Shown: positions 1-11,410 of the stretch, one piece after another
Layout of the letters: every line of letters starts with the position of its first letter
Position numbering within the stretch: position 1 is the first letter of the stretch
Assembly (NCBI GenBank): GCA_964016885.1
Contig: OZ024740.1
Location: 197,408,001-197,472,000 of the forward strand
Direction: 5' to 3'
Length of the DNA stretch: 64,000 bases
Origin: Eledone cirrhosa
Lineage: Eukaryota
The notes under the pieces: model-generated
Database searches by the model: none
Told to the model about the DNA's origin: nothing
Seen by the model: the letters and a program-made list of their open reading frames with translations, nothing else
Made by a program: the position numbers and the translations under genes

Positions 1-27
1 AACTCCACGCGATAACGAACTAAAACT

Positions 28-220
28 AATAATGATAATTGTTTCTACTTTAGGCACAAGGCCAGCAATTACCCAGTGCATTACTGGTACTTTATTTTAT
101 CGACCCCGTAAGGATGAAAGGCAAAGTCAACCTCGGCGGGATTTGAACTCAGATCGTAAAGGGGCGTAACTATGTTGGAAAGCATGGCGTCCGACCCTCT
201 ACCGATACTGCCAATCCACA
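28..220 (-). mobile_element. tRNA-derived SINE, family S1 (~190 nt)
   Basis: Minus strand has an A-box-like TGGCAGTATCGG, a B-box GAGTTCAAATCC and an (ATT)-type tail; closely similar copies at 10600, 10791 and 43567. Confidence 0.85.
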
Positions 221-410
221 GGCCCAAGGCCAACAATTTTTTGGGAGGGGAAAGTCGATTAAATCGACTCCAGTGCGTGACTGGTATTTTATTTTATCGA
301 CTCCGTAAGGATGAAAGGCAAAGCTCCGCGCGATTTGAACACAGAATGTAAAGGGCTGTCACTCTATGCCACGAAGCAGGGTGTCCGATCCTCTACCGAT
401 TCTGCCAAAC
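221..410 (-). mobile_element. SINE S1, variant subfamily
   Basis: Same body (TTTATTTTATCGAC..CCGTAAGGATGAAAGGCAAAG) with the alternative 3' segment also seen at 25688 and 51275. Confidence 0.75.
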
Positions 411-579
411 GAAGTGCGAGTATTTTTATTGGCCATATGATCCCTCCTGCCAAATATAACAATATATATATTAAGGTAGTAGTAAGTAAAAATATAGATA
501 ACTAAAAATACGAGAAAATATTTGTACTTCCTTTTTTCGACAATAAATAGTACAAAGTGTATTAAGTTTATTTTGGCAA

Positions 580-870
580 TGTTTTCATTTATAGATTATC
601 TGTTTCCCACTTTGACAGTTTTGTTTTTATTTCGGAACAAAATCCTAAAATACCGTCATCTGTCGGCTAACTACATTTTCCAGCCTATGGCGTTCGAGAC
701 GTTTGGGGGAGTCGGACTACTGACTGCGAGATTCCTATCTTCACTGGCGGCTCGCCTAACAGAGGCAACTAGTGATGCTCGTGAGGGCGCTTGGCTGTTC
801 CAGCGCATCAGCCTCGCCATCACCCGAGTTAACGCTGCGAACGTGCTGCCTTGCCTAAAAAATTATTAAA
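580..870 (+). pseudogene. 3' fragment of a CRE-type non-LTR retrotransposon (restriction-like endonuclease C-terminus)
   Basis: Translation KYRHLSANYIFQPMAFETFGGVG...WLFQRISLAITRVNA resembles the CRE RLE C-terminal pattern (F.P.AxETxG..G...L.QRxSxAxxRxNA). Confidence 0.7.
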
Positions 871-1537
871 GAGGTTTCCCAGTGCGCCTCGCCATATTGT
901 TATCTTTTGCTCTGGTAACGTCCACCTCTTTCGCCTGCTTTTGTTGTATGTGGTTTCAGATGTGTGTATTATCTGCTTGTGTTTCTTTTTCTCTTTCTTA
1001 TTTTCCTTTCCCTTTCCTTTGTATATAATATATTTGTTTGTGTTTTCGTTCTGTAAGCATTGTATCATTATACTTTTTTTTTTATACAACTTTGACAGTT
1101 ATATATATGAACTTTATTACGGATTTCAATTTGTATTTTTCACATTTAAAATAGAAACTTTCTTTTTCATGGCATGCCTAATTGCAACTCGCGGCAAACC
1201 AGTGTGTCAAGACTCAGAGTTTGGGAATCACTGCTCCAATTGTTCGCTCAATGTGCTAGAAACTAAGCTAAATCAACTTAGAATCAAAAGCAACTCCCTT
1301 AAAGATATACTTTACGTCATGTAGTCCACAATTCATTATATCCAAAAAGAGAAAAAAGAAGAGGGTCATGGTTGGAATGTATTTGACCACAGTCTCAATC
1401 TATTAAGGCCGACTTAAAGAAAGAAAATCAAGAACACAAAATGCTCCATTAAAGAATTATTTATGTAATTGCATTTATCTCCCATATTAATACAAGAGTA
1501 GTGTCCCTTAGATGCGAAGTTAGTTATTACACGAGAA

Positions 1538-1705
1538 ATGGATGGAGCATGGCTGAATAGTTAAGAAGCCGGCTTTGCTATCGTTAGGTCCCGGGTTCGA
1601 CCCTAGTTCATGGTATCTTGCGCACGTGTCATTTCATATACCTTCGGGTCGATTCATTCCTTGTGAGTTAAAATCGGAAGATGGAAACTGTTTTGAAGCC
1701 TGTTA
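1538..1705 (+). mobile_element. degenerate tRNA-derived SINE (second family)
   Basis: TGGCTGAATAGTTAAG (A-box-like) and GGGTTCGACCC (B-box), followed by a body ending GGAAACTG..GAAGCC. Confidence 0.6.
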
Positions 1706-1974
1706 GATGATCTGTAATCGTTGTCTACACGTATCTGGGGAATCTCAACTACATATACGTTGATCGAACAACTGGAACACTTATCGTTGAAACCGATGAA
1801 GGTCGATTCCATATAAAAAAAAAAAAAAAAAAAAAAAAGGGGAACGAGGAGTGGGATGACTGAAAACCCTAGAATGGAAGGTATATCACAGCTGCACAAC
1901 AACAAAAACAACAATAAAAAAATTAACAGCAATAACAGCTAACATGTTTTGATAAGATTATACATACATGTATA

Positions 1975-3267
1975 TCATCATCATCATCATCATCGTTTAA
2001 CGTCCGTGTTCCACGCTTGCATGGGTTTGGACGGGAGTTTTCCCACTTGCGGCAAGAGTGGTTGTCATTGCTCGCATAGTACTGTCTGGCGGGTTTTCTA
2101 CAGCTGGATGCCCTTCCTAACACCAACCACATTTACAGTGTGGGGCTGGGAGGTTTTTACCGTGTTACCTACACGGCCACATTACAGCGTGGACTGTGTG
2201 TTTTTTTTGTTGTGACACCTACACGATCTCATTTGTTTCGGCCTGGATGTTGTGGCACCAACATAACTTTACATTGAAAGGGGCGGTGTGGATGGGGTGG
2301 GGGTGGTGGGACGGGGTGTGTTTTGTTAGAGATGCCTACTGACTGTAGTAGGTTTTACTTTGTATTTAGGTAAGGCGGGTCTTCTCTATTACTGAGTACC
2401 GCCATAGGTCTCAGTCCAGTGACATTGTCTTGGAGAGGTGTAAGTGTGTGAGGTCGGAATTTATCAGCTCGTCCCAGGTTTTTCTGGGTCTGCCTACTCC
2501 GTGGCTACAGTCTATCTTTATTGCCCTGCACTTTGTTATACAGCTATCGTCTTTCATGCGCATCACGTGACCATACCAACGTAGCCTTCTCTCGAGTAAA
2601 CAACATCTGATCCCTCTTATTTCTAATTTTTTCCTTAGTTCGTTTATGCTTTGCCGTTCACGTATATTACTATTACACATCCAGCGGAGCATGCAAGCTT
2701 CGTTCCTCTCTAGTCTGCGTATATCCTCTGCACACAATGCCCAGGTCTCACTGCCATGCAACATTGCTGTTCGTATGCAGGCATCATACAACCTGCCTTT
2801 CATTTTTAGGGAGAACCCTTTAACGGCTAATAGTGGTATAAGCTCTCTGAATCTTTTTCCATCCAGTTCTGACTCTAGCTACTGTAGTTTCAGAGCACCC
2901 TCCCCCACTGTTGATTTTGTCACCCAGGTAACGGAAGCTGTCCACTATTGCTATAGAACCCTCTGCGCAGTTGAAGGAGGTAGTATTTTGTGGGCACTTG
3001 CTGCTACTTATTGCACCAGAGCACCGGCCACATGTAAAATCTATGTTCTTAGTTAGGTTACCTGTGATCCCACTACATCTTTTATGCACCCATACTTTGC
3101 ATTTGGGACATAAAATGGAGTTTCTACCTACGCCTTTCCTACACACTGAGCATGGCCATTTCCCGGAAGGGACCGCCGCCTTATTTTCTTTCTTACAAAC
3201 TAGAACTTTAGTCTTAGCCAGGTTAATTTTAAGGCCTTTTGATTCTAGGCCGTGCTTCCATGTTTGG

Positions 3268-3270
<3 letters not shown>
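1975..3270 (-). mobile_element. 5'-truncated RTE-clade LINE with a PHD-like finger inside the RT region and a (GAT)n tail
   Basis: Frameshifted frames give INLAKTKVL...CSVC..CPKC..HKRC..CGRC..SFRYLGD and MLHGSETW...RRLRWYGHV...GRPRKTW; the 3' UTR ends in (GAT)n. Confidence 0.85.
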
Positions 3271-3545
<275 letters not shown>

Positions 3546-3634
3546 CAGGTGTAGTACTAAGAGACCGTCATTCATAATAGATGTATATATGAAGGCATAT
3601 ACGACATGTCTATGTATTATAAACATATAAGAGT

Positions 3635-3960
3635 GTCGGCGAAAACAAGACTCCAGGCATTCAAGTATAAGTCCTTCAAAAGGTTGCTATGTACCCCGTA
3701 TAGAGAGCACAAAACAGATTTGTCAGGCAACAAGTCAACAAATACGCTGACAGACTGGAATCAGTTCTTACGATGGACGCTCGCTGATCACATATCCCGC
3801 AACGACGCCCCGTCTAAATCCACACTTCAGGCGTAGTTGAATGAGGGCGAAGATTAGACAGACAAACAAAATTCTGGTCCGAAAACATCAAGGACTGGAC
3901 AGGTCAAAATACCGCAACCTTTCTAGGCATGACGGAGGATAGAAATCAGTGGCGTCCTGG
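3635..3960 (+). pseudogene. degenerate 3' fragment of an RTE/BovB-like LINE
   Basis: Remnant motifs RLQAF...RLL..PYREHKT, HISR.D, WSENIKDWTG and DRNQWR. Confidence 0.65.
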
Positions 3961-4004
3961 CAGCTGGCTGCACAAGGGAACTTCGTAATGATGATATGCA
4001 TATG

Positions 4005-4429
4005 TTATCTCTTTCTCTTAATTTCGAGTATATTTTTTTTGACCGGCCACCTTCCTGGTGGCAAGGTTGTAAAAGAAAAGAAATTGTCATCCCTTGAATC
4101 GCAAGAATGTTTTGCAAATTTTGAAGGTGCCAGCTATCGCAGCCATTTGTAGACTATGAATTAGGGAGCTGCGCTTTTTGTCCGCACATCCAAGTTCAGT
4201 CATACTTTGGTCCAAGCGGGTTGGTATATAACCCGTAGCTCCAATAATGATGGGTATGAAGCTAAAGGTGCATCTTGGATACTGGATTTGTAAACTCCTC
4301 ATCAATGGTCTGTAGATGTCCTCCTTCTCCTGTATTTTTCTGACAACGTTTACATCAAGTGGGCAGCTGATCTCCACAACAGAACACGTTTTCAATGTGT
4401 GGTCCCAAACAACAATATCAGGCCGGTTG
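4005..4429 (-). mobile_element. R4/Dong-type RLE retrotransposon family A, 5'-truncated
   Basis: NRPDIVVWD..KTCSVVEISCP...FIPIIIGATG (PD-(D/E)xK nuclease region); bordered by (TATG)n. Confidence 0.85.
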
Positions 4430-4513
4430 TATGTATGTATGTATGTATGTATGTATGTATGTATGTATGTATGTATGTATGTATGTATGTATGTATGTAT
4501 GTGTGTATGTATG

Positions 4514-4911
4514 TTCTTCTGGTTTTATAATTTCACAAATTTTTTCCCAATAGAGAGAGAGTCGGTTTCTAACATAGACACAAGACTCTCTCATTGGAAT
4601 TTACACATCAACTAGGTAGATTATGTATGGATGTTATTGTATGTGTTGATGTGCATGTTTTGAGTTGTATGTGTGCATGTGTATATGCTTTGTATCTGTA
4701 CATGTGTATAAGCAGTTATTAGATGCAACATTTTTGGAATGTTTTACATATTTTTACTGTTCCATTAATGGATTGTACTTGTAATTTCCTAACTAGTTGT
4801 GTTCTTTCCGTTCCTGTGAAGACTAGCTTCTCAAGATTTGCATTGAGGCAGCTACTAACATACCCCAGTGCCCCAATAATCACAGGCATAAATCTGCAGG
4901 TATAATCAGGG
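4514..4911 (-). mobile_element. R4-type family B, 5'-truncated
   Basis: FMPVIIGALG...KICKTFQKCCI* plus the conserved 3' UTR; (TATG)n on both sides. Confidence 0.85.
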
Positions 4912-4996
4912 TATGTATGTATGTATGTATGTATGTATGTATGTATGTATGTATGTATGTATGTATGTATGTATGTATGTATGTATGTATGTGTAA

Positions 4997-5027
<31 letters not shown>

Positions 5028-5264
5028 TGTATGTATGTATGTATGTATGTATGTATGTATGTATGTATGTATGTATGTGTGTGTATGTATGTATGTATGC
5101 ATGTATGTATGTGTATGTATGTGCGTGTATGTATCTATGTATGTATGTTTGAGTGTATGTATGAATGTATGCACGTAGGAATTTATGTATGTATATATGT
5201 ATATGTATGTTTATATATGTGAGTGTGTGTCTATATATGTATTTATGTATGCATGTAGATGTTC

Positions 5265-5321
<57 letters not shown>

Positions 5322-5412
5322 TATGTATACGTATATACACATATGTATACAGATGTACAGTAGTATGTGTATATATATACATACATGCACACATATATAT
5401 GTATGTATGTAT
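4912..5412. repeat. (TATG)n and degenerate TA/TG tract, paralogous to 23843-24340
   Basis: Shares idiosyncratic interruptions (GTTTGAGTG, GCACGTAGG, GTAGATGTTCG) with 23843-24340. Confidence 0.85.
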
Positions 5413-6013
5413 GTCAGGTCACCAGTTGGTGCTACTGGTAACATGTATCCCAGTACAACCTGTATCATGATCGGGTCGTTGGCGACTAAACTGGCAACCC
5501 CACCAAGGTTTCTTGGTGAGGAGGGTGACTTTGGACATCCTACAGGACTAAAAACAAAACCTGTCAAAGGGCAAAGGAGCTCTTAAGAGTCAATGGCCAT
5601 CCAAAATCACCGGGAGAGATGACCCCTTAGCCTTTGTCAAGGCAGAATTCTAGGAGAAGGAAAACTCTGATATAACACCTGCAACCCTGATGGTATTCAA
5701 TGATGTTGACTTGTTCTTCTTTTTGGTAAATATCATCTTGGTTAAGAGAGTGGGACTGGTTTGTGCAGTGCCTTTGCTCACTATAAAAGCTTCACGGGAC
5801 AGGCATTGCTTTATATCTGGAGATCTCTCTGCACTTGTCGTCACATGGTACCATGGGCCCAGCACTATGTGTCAATGATTGTCACAACTGTAGTGTTTGT
5901 ACCAGAGTTTTCAAGTCGCTGGCTGGACTAAAAAGTCACACTCGTTCAGCGCATCGGTAGGGGTTCTCCTACATGGATATAAAGTAGTGGCCGTACTCGA
6001 AAACGAGTTGGCA
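5413..6013 (+). mobile_element. non-autonomous RTE derivative RS1 (RTE 5' UTR modules plus RTE 3' end), full length
   Basis: The 5' part matches RTE leaders at 7753, 27290 and 45645. The 3' part encodes CSVCTRVFKSLAGLKSHTRSAHR*, like the RTE C-terminal C2H2 finger. Ends in a stem-loop and (ATGT)n. Confidence 0.85.
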
Positions 6014-6039
6014 GGTATGTATGTATGTATGTATGTATG

Positions 6040-6127
6040 TTCTTCTGGTTTTATAATTTCACACATTTTTACCAATAGAGAGAGAGAGAGGGGCGAGTGG
6101 GAGAGAGAGGGAGAGAGAGAGAGAGAA

Positions 6128-6202
<75 letters not shown>

Positions 6203-7267
6203 GAGAGAGAGAGAGTCGGTTTCTAACATAGATACAAGACTATCTAATTGGAATTTACACATCAACTAGGTAGATATGTCTGCATGTCTGCATGCATGCA
6301 TGTGTGTGAAGGTATGGATGTTATTGGATGTGTATGTTTTGACTTATATGTGTGCATGTGCATACGCTTTGTATCTGTACATGTGTATATGCAGTTATTA
6401 AATGCACAATTTTTGGAGTGTTTTACATATTTTAACGTTCCATTAATGGATTGTACTTGTAATTTCCTAACTAGTTGTGTTCTTTCTGTTCCTGTGAAGC
6501 CTAGCTTCTCAAGATTTGTACTGATGCAGTTACCAACATATCCTAGTGCCCCAATAATTATAGTTATAAATCTGAATATATAGTCAGTGTGGAATATCTG
6601 CAGATTTCTCATTAGTTCTGCATAGATATTCGCTGATCTTTAATATTATATTGGCATCTATTGGGCAGTTAACTTCCACTATTGTGCATGCTTTCTTTTC
6701 CCTGTCCCATATCATTATATCTGGTCTGTTTTGTTTGCACTGTATTGGGGTTTTGACTGGAACATTCCAGCAGTACTCTTTGTATATGTTTTCCACATTG
6801 CTGTAACTTTTAATGTGTTTATTGTCGGGACTATCTTTTCTACGGATTGTATTGTATAGTGTTTTGGCCGCGGCACCATGCTTCATAGGTAGATAGTACC
6901 GTGATGACAGCTGCTTATGACATTGGTGATATCTTCAATATTAATTCTGCAGAGTCTGCATTTGTTGTCGCATCTAGGTGTTTTGTCTGCATCCCTATCT
7001 CTTTTATGAATCAGGTATTTTGTGTTGATTTCCTGTTCTTGGATTGCAAAAGCATATCCTTCAAAGTGGGAGCCAATATAGAGGTTGTTGGTCCAAGATA
7101 GACTACTTTGCTTATCTATATTACTTTCACACTGGAGCTTCCTGGCAACATATCCAACTATGACATTTTGCTGATAATCATGCAGTTTTTCATCCATGGA
7201 TTCGTTGCAGTATTGCTGGGCAATTTCCCTGGGTGCGAGCTTTTGATTATCATGCAGGGAGTATCTT
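6040..7267 (-). mobile_element. diverged R4-type family B copy
   Basis: QEQEINTKY, CRLC..EDI, NRPDIMIWD; frameshifted; (GA)n expansion in the 3' UTR. Confidence 0.85.
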
Positions 7268-7354
7268 ATGTATGTATGTATGTATGTATGTATGTATGTA
7301 TGTATGTATGTATGTATGTATGTATGTATGTATGTATGTATGTATGTATGTATG

Positions 7355-7735
7355 TTCCTCCGCCCTTTTCGGGGTCTTGTATTTCAGGGTCTCCAAATAT
7401 CACCCTCCTCACCAAGCTAGCTTTTTCTTTCTTTTTGTTTTTACCTGGGAGTGAAAGGCCCCCAGGTGTTGTCACAACACCCTTCTAGGAGAGGGAAACT
7501 CTGAAAACAAACCTGCGGCTTCGGAAGCATTCGATGATGTTGATCAGTTCTCCTTTTCGGGTAGTGTGGCCTTTCGAGCGCAAGGCCTTTCCCCACTTAA
7601 AAAAACCTTCAAAGCACAGGAATTGCTTGTTCAGGATCTGTTACAGGTTCGTGTGGCTGGCCGTAGCCTAAAAGTGCACCAAACTCTATAATCTGACAAG
7701 CGATTGCAATACTCTTAGCAGTTTGCAGCCATCAT
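7355..7735 (+). mobile_element. second non-autonomous RTE derivative (RS2)
   Basis: Contains the CTAGGAGAGGGAAACTCTG...GATGATGTTGA leader module and a TGCAGCCATC-type 3' end. Confidence 0.65.
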
Positions 7736-7750
7736 ATATGTATGTATTAT

Positions 7751-9185
7751 GTCAGGTCGCTCTTTTGCGCTACTGGTAACATGTAACCCAGTACAATCTG
7801 TCCATGGTCGTCGGCAACTAAACCACCCTCTTCACCAAGCAAGCTCAGTGAGGGCGGCAGTTTTAGACACCCTGAGGGATGAAAAACAAAACCCGTCAAA
7901 GGGCAGAGAGTCAACGACCATCCAATAATGTGTGTACATATGTATATATGCTTATATATAATGCATATTTTTATTTTATTTTATTTATAAACACATTTTA
8001 ATCAATTTCTTCTTTTAACTTGTTTCCCCTACTTTTTAACTTCTTAACATTTTAAAGTATTTTGAGCATTTTAACCTTTTTTTTGAGGGGGCAGTGAGAG
8101 ACCCCTAGTCTTCATTTAAGACATCTCTCTAGGAGAAGGCCACTCTAATATAAAACCTGCAACTTCTTTTGCATCCAATGTTGTAGACCAGTTCTACTTT
8201 TTGGGTAAATGCATTCGATTTTGAGAGAGTGGGATTGGCCCTGTGCCAAGCCTTTCTTCACTTAAAAAAAGCTTCAAGTATAGGCATCTTTTGACATCTT
8301 TTGTGTTAAATGGCTGGCCGTAACCAAAAAAAATATTACCACATAATGATGAGTTATAGTACCTTTCAGACCAATGACAATAAGGACTCTGGAACGGATA
8401 GTAAAAGGGTCCGGCCCGACAGGTGTCCCAGGGTTCTGCAGCCCGGGACCTGTCATCGTCCTGCTACTGCGTGAAATTTCAAGTTTAAGCGTTTGAATAT
8501 TGGGTGCTGGTATGTTCGCACCTTACTAGATTCTCAATATTCTACAATACATCCTGAAAGAAGATCCGCACTGGTAGATAAAAAGATGCAGCGATACAAC
8601 ATGGACGTAATTGGCCTCGTCCGAAACGAGACACCCTGAAGAAGGCCACTTCACAGAACAGTCCGGTGGTTATACCTTTTATTGGAGAAGAAGAGCAGAA
8701 GGATGCAAGAGGGAGGCTGGTGTAACATTTGCTGTTAAGAATTCTCTAGTTTCTAATCTGGAAGAGCTTCCATGTGGATTAACTGACCAGCTTATGTCAA
8801 TGAGAATTCTGTTCTCAAAGAACAGGTTTGTGACCTTAGTGAGTGTATATGCTCCAACCATGCGTTTCTCTGAAGACCGGTAAAGGTCTCTTTTTATCTC
8901 TCAATGAAGGAACTAGTCCACACGATTCCCCAGGGAACCTGGGATGTGGTCGGAAAACATGGAGTTGGAAGGTGCAATAGCAATAGTTTGCTGCTGCTAC
9001 AAAGGTGTCAGGAGATGGCTTTGTGCATAGCAAGCACTCTATTTCAGCAGAAAGATAAATACAAAACAATTTGGATGCACCCTGGCACAAAGCAGTGGCA
9101 CATGATTGATTATGTTCTTGTTTTAGGCGTGATGTTCGTGATGTGTGCAGTGTCAGGGTTATGCGGGGAGCTGAATCATCTGATC
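7751..9185 (+). mobile_element. 5' portion of a degenerate RTE element (structured leader and AP endonuclease)
   Basis: Module 1 (7753-7926), AT-rich spacer, module 2 (8087-8290), then SETR, YTFYW, VSVYAPT and WHMIDYV endonuclease motifs. Confidence 0.85.
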
Positions 9186-10162
9186 ATCGTATTTATGGTG
9201 TTTACAATATTTTAAAATTCCTCTAGTTTATCTACAATTTCGTTCCATAAGATAAAACACCCATCAAATAACTTTGATTCAAAATTTTTTTTTAGTGACT
9301 CTTCATAAATTTTCTTTTCGTGGTAACCCACAACTAAATTTGCATATGTTAGTGCTGTTTTAGTTCCCATGGCTATTCCAGAAATTTGACGGTATGCTAG
9401 TTCGTTGAAGATAAAATTATTTTGTAGAATGAACCTAGGATAACGAAATTTATTTTTATACGGTCTGGTAACTCAAATTTATACTTACTGAGCCAATATC
9501 GAATGGCGACAGTTTCACAACCGAACGAAACAATTACAAGCGAATGAAACAATAATTGTTGTCTTGATTTCTTCATTCTGGTCAATGATTGAGCATATCT
9601 AGTTTATCCCGAACAAAACATGGTATATATTTAAGGAAGGTTATAATAGAATAATATTTCTTTCTCATTTCCTCTTTCTCACTTTCTATCTTTCTCTTGA
9701 AGAAATCTGCTGTATTCAGACCTGGAAAGGGATGGGCTCCACCAGGTTTAAAATACCCGGGAAACGCCGTATGTTACTACCACGCCCCTACGACTACATC
9801 AGGGGTCACGGGACCCTACCATGATAGAATATCGAAAGAAATGCTTAGTTTATGTGTTTCGCATATTATATCCACGACAATACGTCTCAGTTTCAAGTCT
9901 TGTGATGAAAGTAATTTAATGTATTTTGATTTAGATTTTTGTCATTCTTCGCTTATTTATATACTTCTATGGACCTTTGGTAAGGTGTAAAGATTGCTAG
10001 TTTTATATTTGAAGTTCATTAAATAATTCACTTCTTTATCCATCATACGTTTTGGATACAGATTTAATAATATACTCAGTTTTCACATTTTCTTTTGAGT
10101 TTTATATTGATTTGTCTTTTCATGATAGGTATTATCTCTTAGCATGTTTTTGACGAGTTAAA

Positions 10163-10361
<199 letters not shown>

Positions 10362-10599
10362 TTACACATTAAGAACAACAGAAGGCCGGATTGGAAACTT
10401 TATATTTTTAATTCCGCGAAAACATTTTACATATTTTGATGGCTCAGCTTCATCATCAGAATATGGTGCAACATCCAGGCGATTTCATCAGGATTCGGGA
10501 ATGACCTGCCGTTACAATAACACGGAATTAGCGGGCTGTGCCTGAATAAAAAATCGGTCCTCTATTTTGTATTTTCTATTCTCTGTTTGTGTTCACCGC

Positions 10600-10980
10600 T
10601 AATAATTGTTTCTACTTTTGGCACAAGGCCAGCAATTACCCAGTGCATTACTGGTACTTTATTTTATCGACCCCGTAAGGATGAAAGGCAAAGTTAACCT
10701 CGGCGGGATTTGAACTCAGAATGGCAAGGGACGTAACTCTATGCGTCAAAGCATGGCGTCCGACCCTCTACCGATACTGCCAATCCCCGCTAATAATTGT
10801 TTCTACGTTTGGCACAAGGCCAGAAATTACCCAGAGCATTACTGGTACTTTATTTTATCGACCCCGTAAGGATGAAAGGCAAAGTTAACCTCGGCGGGAT
10901 TTGAACTCAGAATGGCATGGCCGTAACTCTATACGTCAAAGCATAGCGTCCGACCCTCTACCGATACTGCCAATCCCCGC
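10600..10980 (-). mobile_element. head-to-tail dimer of SINE S1 (2 x ~190 bp)
   Basis: Two near-identical units; CCGCTAATAAT occurs at all three junctions. Confidence 0.9.
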
Positions 10981-11031
10981 TAATAATGTCGGTCCCTTAT
11001 TGCTTATTTTTTCAAACATTTTTTATTTTAT

Positions 11032-11052
11032 TGATGATGATGTTGATGATGG

Positions 11053-11087
<35 letters not shown>

Positions 11088-11410
11088 GTGCTGATGATGA
11101 TGATGTTGATGGTGATGAAGATGGTGGTGGTGGTAATGGTGATGATGATTATGATGTTGATGATGATGATGTTTATGAGGATGATGTTGGTGATGAGGAG
11201 GATTATGATGATGTTGGGGATGCTGATGATGTAAATGAGGATGATGTTGTTGATGATGGAGGTAGTGGTAATGGTGGTGAGATGATGATGATGTTGTTGA
11301 TGATGGAGGTAGTGGTAATGGTGGTGAGATGATGATGATATTGATGATGATGGAGGTAGTGCTAATGGTGGTGAGATGATGGTGATGCTGATGTTGATGA
11401 TGGTGATAGT
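11032..11410. repeat. degenerate (GAT/GGT)n trinucleotide tract
   Basis: Seen directly. Confidence 0.9.

Noticed and set aside
9705-9830. Two possible hairpins (AGACCTGG/CCAGGTTT; CCCCT/AGGGG)
   Set aside because: Single copy with no covariation or recognisable family.
10422-10466. Possible decayed hammerhead on the minus strand (CTGATGA...AAAATATGTA)
   Set aside because: The GAAA core is mutated and stems I and II pair poorly.
10901-11332. Asp-rich 143-aa ORF
   Set aside because: It is SINE sequence plus a (GAT)n tract.
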